DNA of 64,000 nt, from the NCBI GenBank assembly GCA_037200825.1, contig JBBCHL010000002.1, positions 381,757 through 445,756 on the forward strand, given 5' to 3'. The translations under genes and the position numbers were made by a program. The notes under the pieces were generated by a model. It had not been told where the DNA came from. It did not search any database and saw only the letters and a list, made by a program, of their open reading frames with translations. The DNA is from Edaphobacter sp. GTDB taxonomy: Bacteria; Acidobacteriota; Terriglobia; Terriglobales; Acidobacteriaceae. Positions 30,082-41,827 of this stretch are shown piece by piece (positions within the stretch are counted from its first letter, which is position 1; each line of letters begins with the position of its first letter).

Positions 30082-31319
30082 AGGTTCCCCGCACTGTCCG
30101 TCTTCTTCGGCTTCTCCGGCGGCCCCAGCGGAGCAGGCCCCATTCGAGCGTTCTCATACAACACCGCAAACGTCGAAAGCCAATGTTGTCCTTCGTATCC
30201 TGCATCGCCAATCTTCGCGTAGCCATGGGTCGCACTCATCAACGCCAAACGCCTGAACACCTCAATTCGCGGGTCATCCTTTGGCAGCGCCTGCGCAATC
30301 GTCAGCAGAGCCGTCGCCCGCTGAAAGTTCAGGCCAATCAAATGCGACTCCGCCGCCATCTGCACTTGAGCATCCGTGCCCGACGTATTCACATGACTCG
30401 TATCGATCTCTTTCGCATACACCTGAAACGCATCCGAATAAACCGGCGGCAAAAATCCATCCAGCCACTTCAGATAGCTCTGCTGGTCCATCACCCGACC
30501 CATCAATGCCGCCTCAGTCAAACACGACGAGATCAAATCCGTATTCTGCGGCTCAAAGTTCGTCGCGCAACTCTTGTCCTTCTCAAATAGCCGCATCGCA
30601 TTCGCATGGATCGCCGTCTTCAGCGTCGCATCCTCTGACAGATTCGCCCCATCCAGCGCCAGGCTCATCGACCACGCCGAATTCGACTCCACGCCCGTCC
30701 GGTAAGGAAACTTCAGGTCGTACAGATAGAACACATACCGCTCCGACATCCACTTCGCCAGCGGCATCAGCGCCTCCGCCACCTTCTTATCTTCGTCAGA
30801 GTTCGATCCCTTCACCTCGCCGTACAGCTTCAACACCCACGTATAGCCATAAGGCTTCTCGAAGTTCGCATCCGGGCCCTTCTGTTCATTGAAGAATGCC
30901 AACTCCCCATCCACATTCGTCTTCTTGAAGTGATTTGTCGCAATATCCTTAATCGCCGAACCCAGGCTGATCTTCGGGTCCTGCTTCCTCAACGACATCA
31001 GCGCCCACACCGACCCTACCGCGCTATGCCAGTCCGCACAGCCGTAGAACGCCCGGTTCTTGTCGTAGTTCTCCAGCAGTTGCGCCGGCTTGGAGTACTG
31101 CCACAGATAATTATTCCGGTTCGCCGGCGCCTCCTCCGGATGGTCCGTGCAGCTAATCGCCGAAGCCGCCAGCGTCTCCCGCTTCGCCTCGTCATAGACC
31201 GGAGCCGTCACCGCCGGAAGCGTCTTCAGATACTCATTAACCTTCTTCGCATCCACGCCCTGGCCCAACGCAATCGGTGTCGCCAGACAACCCATAAACC
31301 CCGCGATCAGAACCCTCAT
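30078..31319 (-). CDS. DUF2891 family protein (signal peptide), paralog 1
   Basis: AFYGCADWHSAV, FEKPYGYTWVL, SCLTEAALM, SHLIGLNFQRA, YEGQHWLSTFA; stop overlaps the next start (GTGA). Confidence 0.88.
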   Translation of the reverse strand: MRVLIAGFMGCLATPIALGQGVDAKKVNEYLKTLPAVTAPVYDEAKRETLAASAISCTDHPEEAPANRNNYLWQYSKPAQLLENYDKNRAFYGCADWHSAVGSVWALMSLRKQDPKISLGSAIKDIATNHFKKTNVDGELAFFNEQKGPDANFEKPYGYTWVLKLYGEVKGSNSDEDKKVAEALMPLAKWMSERYVFYLYDLKFPYRTGVESNSAWSMSLALDGANLSEDATLKTAIHANAMRLFEKDKSCATNFEPQNTDLISSCLTEAALMGRVMDQQSYLKWLDGFLPPVYSDAFQVYAKEIDTSHVNTSGTDAQVQMAAESHLIGLNFQRATALLTIAQALPKDDPRIEVFRRLALMSATHGYAKIGDAGYEGQHWLSTFAVLYENARMGPAPLGPPEKPKKTDSAGNL

Positions 31320-31421
31320 CCCACTTCTTTTGCTCGCACGCACTCGCACACTCCGCCCGCACACAGGTCAATCTGGACATTTTGCTGCTTCCCGTTAGAC
31401 TAATCGAGGTTGCTCCAACAC

Positions 31422-31448
31422 CCAACGCCTCATTGCATTCCTGCATCC
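31422..31448 (+). promoter_or_regulatory. ECF-like promoter motif CCAAC-N16-GCATCC
   Basis: Same spacing as the motifs before cgs, glgE, treS and the aldo/keto reductase gene. Confidence 0.55.
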
Positions 31449-31510
31449 ATTTAATGGAGAGACTCTCCTGCATCTCTGCCACCTCAACTTAGGAGCGACC
31501 CGGATACCAG

Positions 31511-33316
31511 GTGAAAGCTGAAAGCCCATGGCGCGAGCGGCTGCGAGCGCTTCAGAACGTACCCCCCGTCCTCCACATTCTCTGGGAGTCCGGCCCCGCC
31601 GTCGTCTGCTGGGGTCTCATCCTCCGCGTCATCGTCGCCGTTCTGCCCTTCGGCATCGCCAAAGTAGCCGCGGCCATCATTGGTGACATTGCCGGAGTCC
31701 TACGAGGCCAGCCCCTCGCCCACAACTTCTGGACCCTCGTCGCCACCGAAGTCGCCTTCAACGTCCTCCTCGGCATCTTCACCCGCGCCATCGACTACTC
31801 CGACTCGCTCCTCGCCAACCGCTACACCCAGCACGTCAGCGTCCGCGTCATGGAGCAGGCCGCTCGCCTCGACCTCACTACCTACGAAGACCCCATCTTT
31901 TACGACCGCCTTGAGCGCGCCCGTGTCCAGGCCACCGACCGCCTCGCCATGATCCAGCAGATGGGCCGCCTCTTCCAGCAGGTCATCACCACGCTGGTCT
32001 TCTCCGTCGCCCTTGCGTGGGCATCTCCGTGGCTCATCCTTCTGCTAGCCCTCGGCGTTCTCCCGTCCTTCATCGGAGAGACCCACTACGCCTTCCTCGG
32101 CTACGCCAAAAACTTCCGCCAGACCCCCGCCAAGCGCCAGATGGACTACCTCCGCCAGGTCGCCGGAAGCCGTGAAGGCGCAAAGGAAGTGAAACTCTTC
32201 GGCCTCAATAAATTCTTCACGGAGCGCTTCCAGGCACTCGCCAACCAGATCTACCTCGAAGACGTCACCCTCTCCCGCTCCAAGCTCATCGTAGGCGGAC
32301 TCCTCGGCATCATCGGCACCCTCGGCTACTACGGAGCCTATGTTTATGTCATCTGGCGCACTCTCCACAGCGCATACGACATCGGCCAGTTCACCTTTCT
32401 TACCGCGGCCATCCAGCAGGCCAGTTCCAATCTGCAACAAGTCTTCTCCACGGCCTCAGGCATCGCCGATCAGGCTCTCTTCCTCACCGATCTCCTTGCG
32501 TTCTTCGAGATGCAGCCCACCGTCCAGTCCAAACCCAACGCTCTCCCCGCGCCCAATCCCATCCGCCAGGGCTTCGAGTTCCGCAACGTTTCCTTCACCT
32601 ATCCCGGCACCGACCGCACCGTCCTCCGCAACTTCGACTTCACTCTCTCGCCCGGCGAACGCATCGCCCTCATCGGCGAAAACGGCCAGGGCAAAACCAC
32701 TGTCGTCAAGCTCATCACCCGCCTCTACGACCCCACCGAAGGCCAGATACTCCTCGACGGCATCGACCTGCGCGAGTACTCCCTCGAAGACCTCCATCGC
32801 CAGATCGGCGTCATCTTTCAGGACTTCATGCGCTTCGAGATGACCGCCCGCGAAAACATTGCCGTAGGCCGCATCGACCATCCCCACCAACAGGCCGACA
32901 TCGAAGATGCCGCCCACAAAAGCCTCGCCGACACCGTCGTCGACAAGCTGGCCAACGGCTACGACCAGATCTTAGGCCGCAGGTTCGAAGGTGGAGTCGA
33001 GCTCTCCGGCGGCGAGTGGCAAAAGATGGCACTCGCCCGCGCCTACCTCCGCGACGCGCAGCTCCTCATCCTCGACGAACCCACCGCAGCGCTCGACGCC
33101 CGCAGCGAGCTTGAAGTCTTCGAGCGTTTCGCCGAACTCACTCAAGGCAAGATGGCTCTTCTCATCTCGCACCGTTTCTCCACCGTCCGCATGGCCGACC
33201 GTATCGTCGTACTCTCCGGCGGCCGTCTCATCGAAGAAGGCAACCATCAGCAGCTCATGGCCAGAAATGGCCTCTACGCAAGCATGTTCGAGATGCAGGC
33301 CGCAAGTTACAGGTGA
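31511..33316 (+). CDS. ABC exporter, fused permease/ATP-binding
   Basis: TM domain, GENGQGKTT, LSGGEWQK, LILDEPT, ISHR. Confidence 0.95.
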   Translation: MKAESPWRERLRALQNVPPVLHILWESGPAVVCWGLILRVIVAVLPFGIAKVAAAIIGDIAGVLRGQPLAHNFWTLVATEVAFNVLLGIFTRAIDYSDSLLANRYTQHVSVRVMEQAARLDLTTYEDPIFYDRLERARVQATDRLAMIQQMGRLFQQVITTLVFSVALAWASPWLILLLALGVLPSFIGETHYAFLGYAKNFRQTPAKRQMDYLRQVAGSREGAKEVKLFGLNKFFTERFQALANQIYLEDVTLSRSKLIVGGLLGIIGTLGYYGAYVYVIWRTLHSAYDIGQFTFLTAAIQQASSNLQQVFSTASGIADQALFLTDLLAFFEMQPTVQSKPNALPAPNPIRQGFEFRNVSFTYPGTDRTVLRNFDFTLSPGERIALIGENGQGKTTVVKLITRLYDPTEGQILLDGIDLREYSLEDLHRQIGVIFQDFMRFEMTARENIAVGRIDHPHQQADIEDAAHKSLADTVVDKLANGYDQILGRRFEGGVELSGGEWQKMALARAYLRDAQLLILDEPTAALDARSELEVFERFAELTQGKMALLISHRFSTVRMADRIVVLSGGRLIEEGNHQQLMARNGLYASMFEMQAASYR

Positions 33317-33332
33317 TACTGGACTGGCATCC
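33306..33332 (+). promoter_or_regulatory. ECF-like promoter motif GTTAC-N16-GCATCC
   Basis: Upstream of the cgs-like gene; shared spacing. Confidence 0.45.
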
Positions 33333-33397
33333 TAACTAACAGAACCGGCAAGCAAGCGCGCCGCACCCATTCAACGCATACGCACGAGAAAGATCTC

Positions 33398-36300
33398 ATG
33401 GCACCACCGGAAAACTTCACCACCGCAGAACCCGTGCTCCCGCCAACCGCTCCTACCCTGGACGTCCCCACCACTGGCCTGCCCGAAAGGCCCTCTGTCT
33501 CCGATGCGGATCTCCGCGCTCATGCCGACGAGTTGAGCAGGCACTGGCAGGCAATCCCCCGTCCCACGACAGATGGCCTCACCGAGCGCCTCACTCGCCT
33601 CCAACAGCGCCTCACCGCCATCCTCGCTGCCTGCCGCAAGACCACGACCACCAGCGAACTCACTCCGCAGCTTGAGCTCCTCGAGAGCACCCGCATGCTC
33701 GAGGCCCCACTCCTCCACGGTGATGAGACCACCTCCACCTTTGCCGCACTTCCGCACGTCCGCGTCGATGGCGACAAGGAACTCCCTCGCGTCGTCAACC
33801 TCGCCGAAGGCTATCTCTCCGCCGCGCAAGGCATCTGGTCGCCCGAATCCCTCACCACCTACGTCAACCAGGCCCAGCAACGCGATCCGCTCCTCCTCGA
33901 AGAGATCACCGTCCTCCCGCAAGCTCTCAAGCTCGCCCAGCTCGAATACATCCTCGATCGCGCCGAAGAGGCCTTCCGCGCAGGCGACCTTCCGCCCATC
34001 GAGCAATCGCCATTCTCCGCCACGCTCCACAGCATGCGCCGCCTCAATCAATATGAATGGCGCATCGTCCTTGAGCCCCTCATCGCCTTCGATGCCATCC
34101 TTCGCCAGGATCCGGCCAATGTCTTCGCTGCAATGGAAGACGAGACTCGCCACCTCTACCATCTACGCATCGCCGAGTTGGCCCGGCACGCCGACGCCAG
34201 CGAAGTCGAAACAGCGCAGGTTGCCCTCGACCTCGCCCGCCAATCCGCAAAAACCCGGAACCCCGATCCTCGCCTCGCCCACCGCTGCGCCCACATCGGC
34301 TACTACCTCTTCGCCGAAGGCCTCCCCACCCTCAGCCAGCGCATCGACTACCATGGCCCACCCATCGAGCGCCTGCGCAGCTTCCTCCGCAGATGGAAAG
34401 AAGACTTCTACATCCTCGGCATCTTCACCCTCTCCTGTCTGCTCATCGTCGCCATCATTTCGCCGCTGGTTCCGCACAACGCCTTCTGGCCTGTCATGGG
34501 AGCGCTTCTTCTCGCTCTCATCCCGGCGTCGCAGGGCGCCGTCGACCTCGTCAACAACACCGTCACCGCCTTGATGAAGGCCCACTCGCTCCCCAAGATC
34601 GACTTCTCCAAAGGGGTCCCACCCGAAGCCACCACCTTCGTCGTCGTTCCCACGCTTCTGCTGCGAGAACAGCAGGTCCACGAGCTCTTCGACGAGCTCG
34701 AAGCCCGCTACCTCAACAATCAGGACCCCCACATCCACTTCGGCCTCCTCACCGATCTCCCGGATATCGAGATCCGTCCGCTCGACGAAGACACCAACCC
34801 CCTTGCTCTGCTCGCCGCACAATGTGTCGTCGATCTCAACGCAAAATATGCCGGCCAGAACGGCGGCTCCTTCTTTCTCCTCCATCGCCATCGCGGCTTC
34901 AATACGCGCCAGGGTGTCTGGATGGGCTGGGAGCGCAAGCGCGGCAAGCTCCTCGACCTCAATAAATTTCTCCTCGATAAGTACGACAGCTTTCCCCTCA
35001 AAGCCGGTCCGCTCGAGCTCCTCAACAACATCCGTTACGTCATCACGCTTGACTCCGACACCCAGCTCCCCCGCGGCACCGCCGCACGCATGGTCGGCAC
35101 TATGGCCCACCCGCTCAACCAGGCCATCGTTAATCCCAAACTCCGCATCGTCACCGCCGGATACGGGATCCTCCAGCCGCGCGTCGGCGTCAGCGTCTCC
35201 TCCGCAGCCAGCTCCCGCCTTGCCTCGCTCTACTCCGGCGAGACCGGCTTCGACATCTACACCCGCGCCGTCTCCGACGTCTATCAGGACCTCTTCGGCG
35301 AGGGCATCTTCGCCGGCAAAGGCATCTACGAGGTCAGCATCCTCCAGCAGGTCCTCGACCGCCGCTTCCCCCGTAACGCGCTCCTCTCGCACGACCTCAT
35401 CGAAGGCTCCTACGCCCGCGCCGGCCTCGTCACCGACATCGAAATCATCGACGACTACCCCTCCCACTACTCGGCCCACACCCGCCGCAAGCATCGCTGG
35501 GTCCGCGGCGACTGGCAGATCGCCCGCTGGCTCCTCAACCGCGTCCCCGACGAGTCAGGCCATTACGTCGCCAATCCCATCAACACCATCTCCCAATGGA
35601 AGATCCTCGACAACCTCCGCCGCTCGCTCGTCGAGCCCGTCACCTTTCTCCTCTTCCTCCTCGGCTGGTTCGTCCTTCCCGGCGGAGCCCTCTACTGGAC
35701 CATCGCGGGCCTCGTCCTTCTTCTCCTTCCCAGCTTCGTCCAGCTGGCCTTCAACCTCGGCCGCGCACTCTTCAAACTCAGCTTCGTCGGAGCCCGCGAG
35801 GGCATCACCACCTTCGCCTCCTCCTTCGGATTCACCATCCTCAACCTCACTTTTCTTCCGCACCACATGCTGCTCTCGCTCGACGCCATCACGCGTTCTC
35901 TCATCCGCAGCTACGTCTCGGGCAAACGTCTCCTCGAATGGGAGACAGCCGCACAGGCCGAGTCCGGCACCTCCAAACACTCTCTCGACATCTACCTTCA
36001 GCTCTCTCCTGCCATCGCGCTGGTCATTGCCGTCGCACTCGCCTTCGACCATCTCCCCTCGCTCTACGCCGCCGCACCTGTGCTCTTCCTATGGGCAGTC
36101 GCCCCACTCGTAGCCCACTGGCTTAACTCCCCTCCAACTCAGGAAGAAGGCCCGCTCTCCCGGCAGGACTCGCTCTTCCTCCATCAGCAAGCCCTCCAGA
36201 TCTGGCGTTACTTCCAGGAGTTCGGCGACGAGAAAAACCACTGGCTCATCCCCGACAACGTCGAAGAAAAGGACCTCGTCCAGATCCGTAAGCTCTCCCC

Positions 36301-37914
36301 TACTAACCTCGGCATGCTCTTCAACGCCCGCCAGGCCGCCGTCGAGTTCGGTTTCCTCACCCTCTCGGACTTCGCCCGCGCCACGCTCGGCACCCTCAAC
36401 ACCTACGACCGCCTCGAAAAGCAGCACGGCCACATCTACAACTGGTACGACATCGAAACCCTCAAGGCCATCCCGCCCCTCACCATCTCCTCGGTCGACA
36501 GCGGCAACCTTACCGCCTCCCTCTACACCCTTCAGTCCGGAGCCCTAGATCTACTTAAGCGCCCCATTCTCAGTCTCGACACCTTCTCCTGCCTCGAGCA
36601 GATGCAGTCCGACCCCATCAGGCCCTCACACTCCACCACGCCCCCCGCGCCAGCAAAACGCCGCCGCTGCCCTCCGCGGGTACGTCCGCTCCATGCTTCA
36701 GCAGACTGCAGCTCCTGCCCAGCCTGTCTCCGTAGAAAACGACCTCGCCAACGCCGGCCGCGAAACCTGGCTCGCCGCGGAGCTTCTTCGCCGCCTCACC
36801 GCGCTCTCCATCTTCGCGCAGGATTACGCCCCCTGGACGCTGCCTCAGTTCGAAGCCCTCTTCGAGCTACCTCAGCTCAACCAGCCCGAAGACCACATCA
36901 TCCCCACCCTCCAGCAGGCCCCCCACTACGCCGCCAACCTCTACGCCAGAATCGCCGACGCCATCCCCGCCCTCCCGCAGGACTCCCCGCTCGCCACCTC
37001 CGCCATCACCCTCCGCACTCTCCTCAGCGAAGCCGCCCCCCGACTCGATCAGCTCAAATCCGATCTCGCCACCATCGCCTCCGAAGCCGGTCACCATGCC
37101 GACGCCATGCACTACAGCTTCCTCTTCGTCGAATCCCGCCAGCTCCTCTCCATCGGCTTCGACGGCGCAAAACACGAGCTCCACTCCGCCTGCTACGACC
37201 TCCTCGCCTCCGAGGCCCGCATCGCCTCCTTCATCGCCGTCGCCAAAGGAGACATTCCCGCAACAGTCCTGGTTCCGCCTCGACCGCTCCCACATCCTCG
37301 TTGACGGCTATCCTGCGCTCCTCTCCTGGACCGGCACCATGTTCGAGTACCTCATGCCCTCCCTCTGGATGCGCACCTTCCCCAACACCCTCATGTCGCG
37401 CGCACTCGATTCCGCAGCTCTCATCCAGCGCCACTACGTCCGCAACATTCCCTGGGGTATCTCCGAATCCGGTTTCGCGAAAAAAGACCCCCACGGCCGT
37501 TACAGCTACCAGGCATGGGGCATCCCCGCCCTCGCCCTCAAATACGGAGCCGAAGATGGCCCCGTCATCAGCCCATACTCCACCTTTCTGACCCTCGCCG
37601 CACTGCGCAAAGAAGCCATCGCCAACCTCCGCCGCATGGCCTCCATGAACTGGCTAGGCAACTATGGCTTCTACGAGGCCGCCGACTACACTACAGCCCA
37701 ACCCCCCGAACTAGTCCGCTCGTGGATGGCCCACCATCAGGGCATGTGTCTCCTCGCCCTCACCAACCTGCTGAAGAACAACGTAGTCCAGCAGTGGTTC
37801 CACGCCACCCCCCGCATCCGCGCCGCCGAGCTGCTCCTCCACGAAAAGCCCCTCAGCAAAGAGACCCTCAAAGCCCTCGGCAACCAGACCAAATCCACGA
37901 AATCGCCAGCGTAG
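33398..37914 (+). CDS. Cyclic beta-1,2-glucan synthase-like protein (NdvB/ChvB/Cgs; GT84 + cyclase domain, no GH94), frameshifts near 36613-36646 and 37258
   Basis: WMGWERKRGKL, ITLDSDTQLP, LLSHDLIEG, RKHRWVRGDWQ, SPTNLG, DSGNL, YDLLASEAR, SWTGTMFEYLMP, PWGISES, WMAHHQGM spread over three frames. Confidence 0.88.
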
Positions 37915-38098
37915 GTAAAGCGAAAACGCAGCGGCAGCCTTTACTTTTCTGCTAATGGAGATGTTGATTCAAACTCGGGATTCAGACCGGCAAACTATCT
38001 GAAAAACTAGGAAAAACCACTGGATTTGGTACCATCTTAGGTCTGAAACAGGCATCTCCTGCGTTCGCCTGTAACTCTCATTAGTTTTGGAGCACCTC

Positions 38099-38971
38099 AT
38101 GGCGCGTCCGTACTGGTCCGGTCAGATCCAAATCTCGCTCGTCTCCTTCAGCGTCAATCTCTTCACCGCGACTGAGTCCAAAGCCGAGATCCGCTTCCAC
38201 CAGCTCAGCCGCAAGACCGGCGAGCGCATCAAGCACCAAAATGTCTCCGGCGAAGAAGGCCCCGTCGAAAAGGGCGACATCGTCAAAGGCTTCGAATACC
38301 GCAAAGGCGAGTACGTCACCATCGAGCCCGAAGAGATCGAAAACCTCCGCATCGCCTCACGCCACAACCTCGAAGTCACCCAGTTCGTCGACTACGACGA
38401 AATCTCTCCTGCCTTCTTTGAGAAGCCCTACTTCGTCACCCCCGAGAGCGACACCCAGGCCGAAGCCTTCGCCGTCGTCCGCAAAGCCCTCCAGTCCACG
38501 AAAAAGGTCGCACTCGGCAAGATCGCCTTCGGTGGCCGCGAACATCTCGTCGCCGTTATGCCCAACGACGACGACAAACTCCCCGGCATGATGGCCTACG
38601 TCATGCGCTACGACGAAGAGCTCCGCGACCCCGCCGAATACTTCGACAAGATCAAGAAGGTCACCATCGACGACGACCAGCTATCGCTCGCCAAAGAGCT
38701 CATCAAGCGCAAAGCCGCAAAGTTCGCCCCCGAGAAATTCAAAGACGAGTACGAGACAGCTCTCCGCGCCATGGTCGAAGCCAAAGTCAACAACGTGCCC
38801 GCCCCCAAAGAAGAACCCGCTCCCACATCCGGCAAGGTCATCAACCTCATGGACGCCCTCCGCAAGAGCGTAGAAAAAGACACCGGCGCAGAGAAGAAGC
38901 CTGCAGCCTCCGCATCCAAGAAAGGCATCTCACTGGTTAAGCCGAAGGCGCAAAAACGCAAATCCGCTTAA
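38099..38971 (+). CDS. ku: NHEJ DNA end-binding protein Ku
   Basis: RPYWSGQIQISLVSFSV, IVKGFEY, FFEKPYF, VINLMDALRKS, basic tail. Confidence 0.95.
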   Translation: MARPYWSGQIQISLVSFSVNLFTATESKAEIRFHQLSRKTGERIKHQNVSGEEGPVEKGDIVKGFEYRKGEYVTIEPEEIENLRIASRHNLEVTQFVDYDEISPAFFEKPYFVTPESDTQAEAFAVVRKALQSTKKVALGKIAFGGREHLVAVMPNDDDKLPGMMAYVMRYDEELRDPAEYFDKIKKVTIDDDQLSLAKELIKRKAAKFAPEKFKDEYETALRAMVEAKVNNVPAPKEEPAPTSGKVINLMDALRKSVEKDTGAEKKPAASASKKGISLVKPKAQKRKSA

Positions 38972-38974
38972 CCT

Positions 38975-41769
38975 ATGACCACGAAGAAAAAGTCGCCCGC
39001 GAAAAAAGCCTTGCCAAAAAAGGCAGCCCCGCGAAAGGCTGCTCCTGACGCCGAAAAATCCCCCGCCACAAACGCCCGCACCAAAGCCTCCAACGCCGTC
39101 GACGACCAGCTAGCGCGCTACCGCTCCATGCGGGACTTCAAGGTAACCGCGGAGCCCAGCGGCGCCTCCAAATCCACCAAGTCCACCGCACTCCCCTTCG
39201 TCATCCAGAAACACTCCGCCTCCCATCTCCACTACGACTTCCGTCTCGGCTGGAACGGCGTACTCAAAAGCTGGGCCATCTCTAAAGGCCCCAGCTACGT
39301 CGTCAAGGACAAGCGCCTCGCCGTCCAGGTCGAAGACCACCCCATGGAGTACGGCGGCTTCGAAGGCGTCATCCCCAAGGGCCAATATGGGGGCGGCACC
39401 GTCATGGTCTGGGACCAGGGCACCTGGGAGCCGCAACCCGGCCACACCGATGTCGACGAAGGCCTCCGCACCGGCAGCCTCAAATTCATCATGCACGGCG
39501 AGCGCATGAGGGGAAAATGGGCTCTCATCCGCATGAAGGGAAAATACGCCAACGAGAGCAAACCCAACTGGCTCCTCATCAAAGAACACGACGACTTCGA
39601 ACGTCCCGAAGACTCGACCCCCGTCACCGAAAAGTTCACTACCAGCGTCGTCACCGGTCGCACCATGGACCAGATCGCCGCCAGCGAAGACCACATTTGG
39701 CACTCCAAAGACACCGCCACCGGCAACGCCTGGCAACGCATCGACAAAGAAAAAGAGGAGCAGCCTCCGACCCGCTCCCCCACCCCCATTTCCGCAGCAA
39801 AAACCAAACCCGCCCAACCTCCAGCCGGAACCCCAAAAGAAAAACTCCCCACCTTCATCCCTCCACAGCTAGCCCTGCAAACCACCACCCCACCCGCCAC
39901 CGAAGGCTGGCTCCACGAGCTCAAACTCGATGGCTACCGCATCCAGGCCCGCAAATCCGGCCCACACGTCCAGCTCATCACGCGCTCCGGCCTCGACTGG
40001 ACGCACCGCATGAAGACCATCGCCACCCAGGTCTCCATCCTCCCGTGCGAATCAGCCATCCTCGACGGCGAAGTCGTCGTCCTCGACGCGCACGGCAACA
40101 CCAGCTTCGCCGATCTCCAGGCCGCGTTTTCAGGAAGGAGCCAACAAGCCCCTCACCTACTTCGTCTTCGACCTCCTCCACCTCAACGGCCACAACCTCC
40201 GCAACCTTCCCCTCATCGAGCGCAAATCCATCCTCGCCACCCTCCTCGCCAACTCCCACGACCACATCCGTCTCAGCGAGCACATTGAATCCAATGGCCC
40301 CGCCGTCTTCCGTAAAGCATGCGAGCTCCACGCCGAAGGCATCGTCTCCAAACGCGCTGCCGGAGCCTACATCTCCGGCCGCACCGGCGACTGGCTCAAA
40401 GCCAAATGCATTCGCGAGCAGGAGTTCGTCATCGGCGGCTTTACCCTCCCCGCCAAAGGCCACGCCGGAATCCACGGCGTCGGCGCACTCCTCCTCGGCT
40501 ACTACCGCGACGGCAAGCTCATCTACGCCGGCCGCACCGGCACCGGCTTCACGCAGGCAACTCACAAGATCATCCGCACCCAGCTCGACAAACTCCGCCA
40601 GCCTGAAAACCCCTTCTTCAACCCACCCGACGAAGCCCGCCGCGGCGTCATCCCCGTCAAACCCAAACTCGTCGCGGAAGTCCGCTTCGCCACCTGGACC
40701 GCCGACAACCTCGTTCGCCAGGCCTCCTTCAAAGGCCTCCGCGAAGACAAACCCGCCACCGAAGTCCGCCTCGAAAAACCCCTGCCCCTAGCCGAAACCC
40801 AGGAAGCCCACCACACCATCACATCCGCCGTCGCAGCAAAGAACCAAACAGCACCAGCGAAAAAATCTGCAGCAAAACCCGCCGCAAAATCCGCGAAGAC
40901 AGACAAAGCCCCTATCCGCCTAACTCACCCTGACAAAATCATCGACATCGAATCCCACCTCACCAAACAACAACTAGCCGACTACTACTGGGCCATCGCC
41001 CCATACATGCTGCCTTCCATCGCGAACCGCCCACTCTCCATCGTCCGCTGCCCCGATGGCACCGGCCACCAGTGCTTCTTCCAAAAGCACGTCACCAACA
41101 CCCTCCCCCCCGGCATCGGCTCCGTCGATGTAGCCGACAAAAACGGCAAAGTCGAACCCTACATCACCCTCTCCACCCAGCAAGCCCTCGCCGGCCTGGC
41201 CCAAATCGGAGTCCTCGAGATCCACCCATGGGGCTCGACCAACGACAACCTCGAGCATCCCGACCGCATCATCATCGACCTCGACCCCGACATCTCCATC
41301 CCCTGGCCCACCCTCGCCGCCAGCGCTCTGGAAGTCCGCGCCCAGCTCAAAAAAACTCAACCTCGAATCCTTTCTCAAGAGCACCGGCGGCAAAGGCCTC
41401 CACATCGTCATCCCCATCGAACCCAAACACGACTGGCCCACCGTAAAAACCTTCGCCCACGACTTCGCCCTCATGATGCAGAAGCAGAACCCAAGCCTCT
41501 ACCTCACCGTCATGACGAAATCCGCCCGTAAAGACCGCATCTACATCGACTACCTCCGCAACGAGCGCGGCGCCACCGCGGTAGCCGCCTTCTCCCCCCC
41601 GAGCCCGCCCCGGCATGCAGGTCTCGATGCCCCCTGGCCTGGTCCGAGCTCAAGCAACCCGACCGCCCTACCTTCTCCGTAGCCAACTTCGCCGACTGGC
41701 AACCTCGCCTCCGCCGCGACCCCTTGGAAGACCCTCCCCACCACCCACCAAACCCTACCCAAACTCTAA
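38975..41769 (+). CDS. ligD: DNA ligase D (phosphoesterase-ligase-polymerase), several homopolymer frameshifts (~40128, 41352, 41597, 41632, 41722)
   Basis: HLHYDFRL (PE), ELKLDGYR (ligase KxDG), EGIVSK, DLDPD and STGGKGLHI (POL), DYLRNERGATAVA. Confidence 0.92.
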
Positions 41770-41771
41770 GA

Positions 41772-41816
41772 CCCGATACCTGATAGCCGATACCTGATAC
41801 CTAATCCCTAAACCCC
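41772..41816. repeat. Heptamer tandem repeat (CTGATAC-like)
   Basis: ccgatac ctgatag ccgatac ctgatac ctaatcc ctaaacc after the ligD stop. Confidence 0.6.
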
Positions 41817-41827
41817 CTCCACCCAGG

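Noticed and set aside
38010-38060. ECF motif upstream of ku (AAAAC…CATCT; GCATCT)
   Set aside because: Spacing is 2 nt short for one candidate and the other has no -35 element, so it was not counted in the regulon
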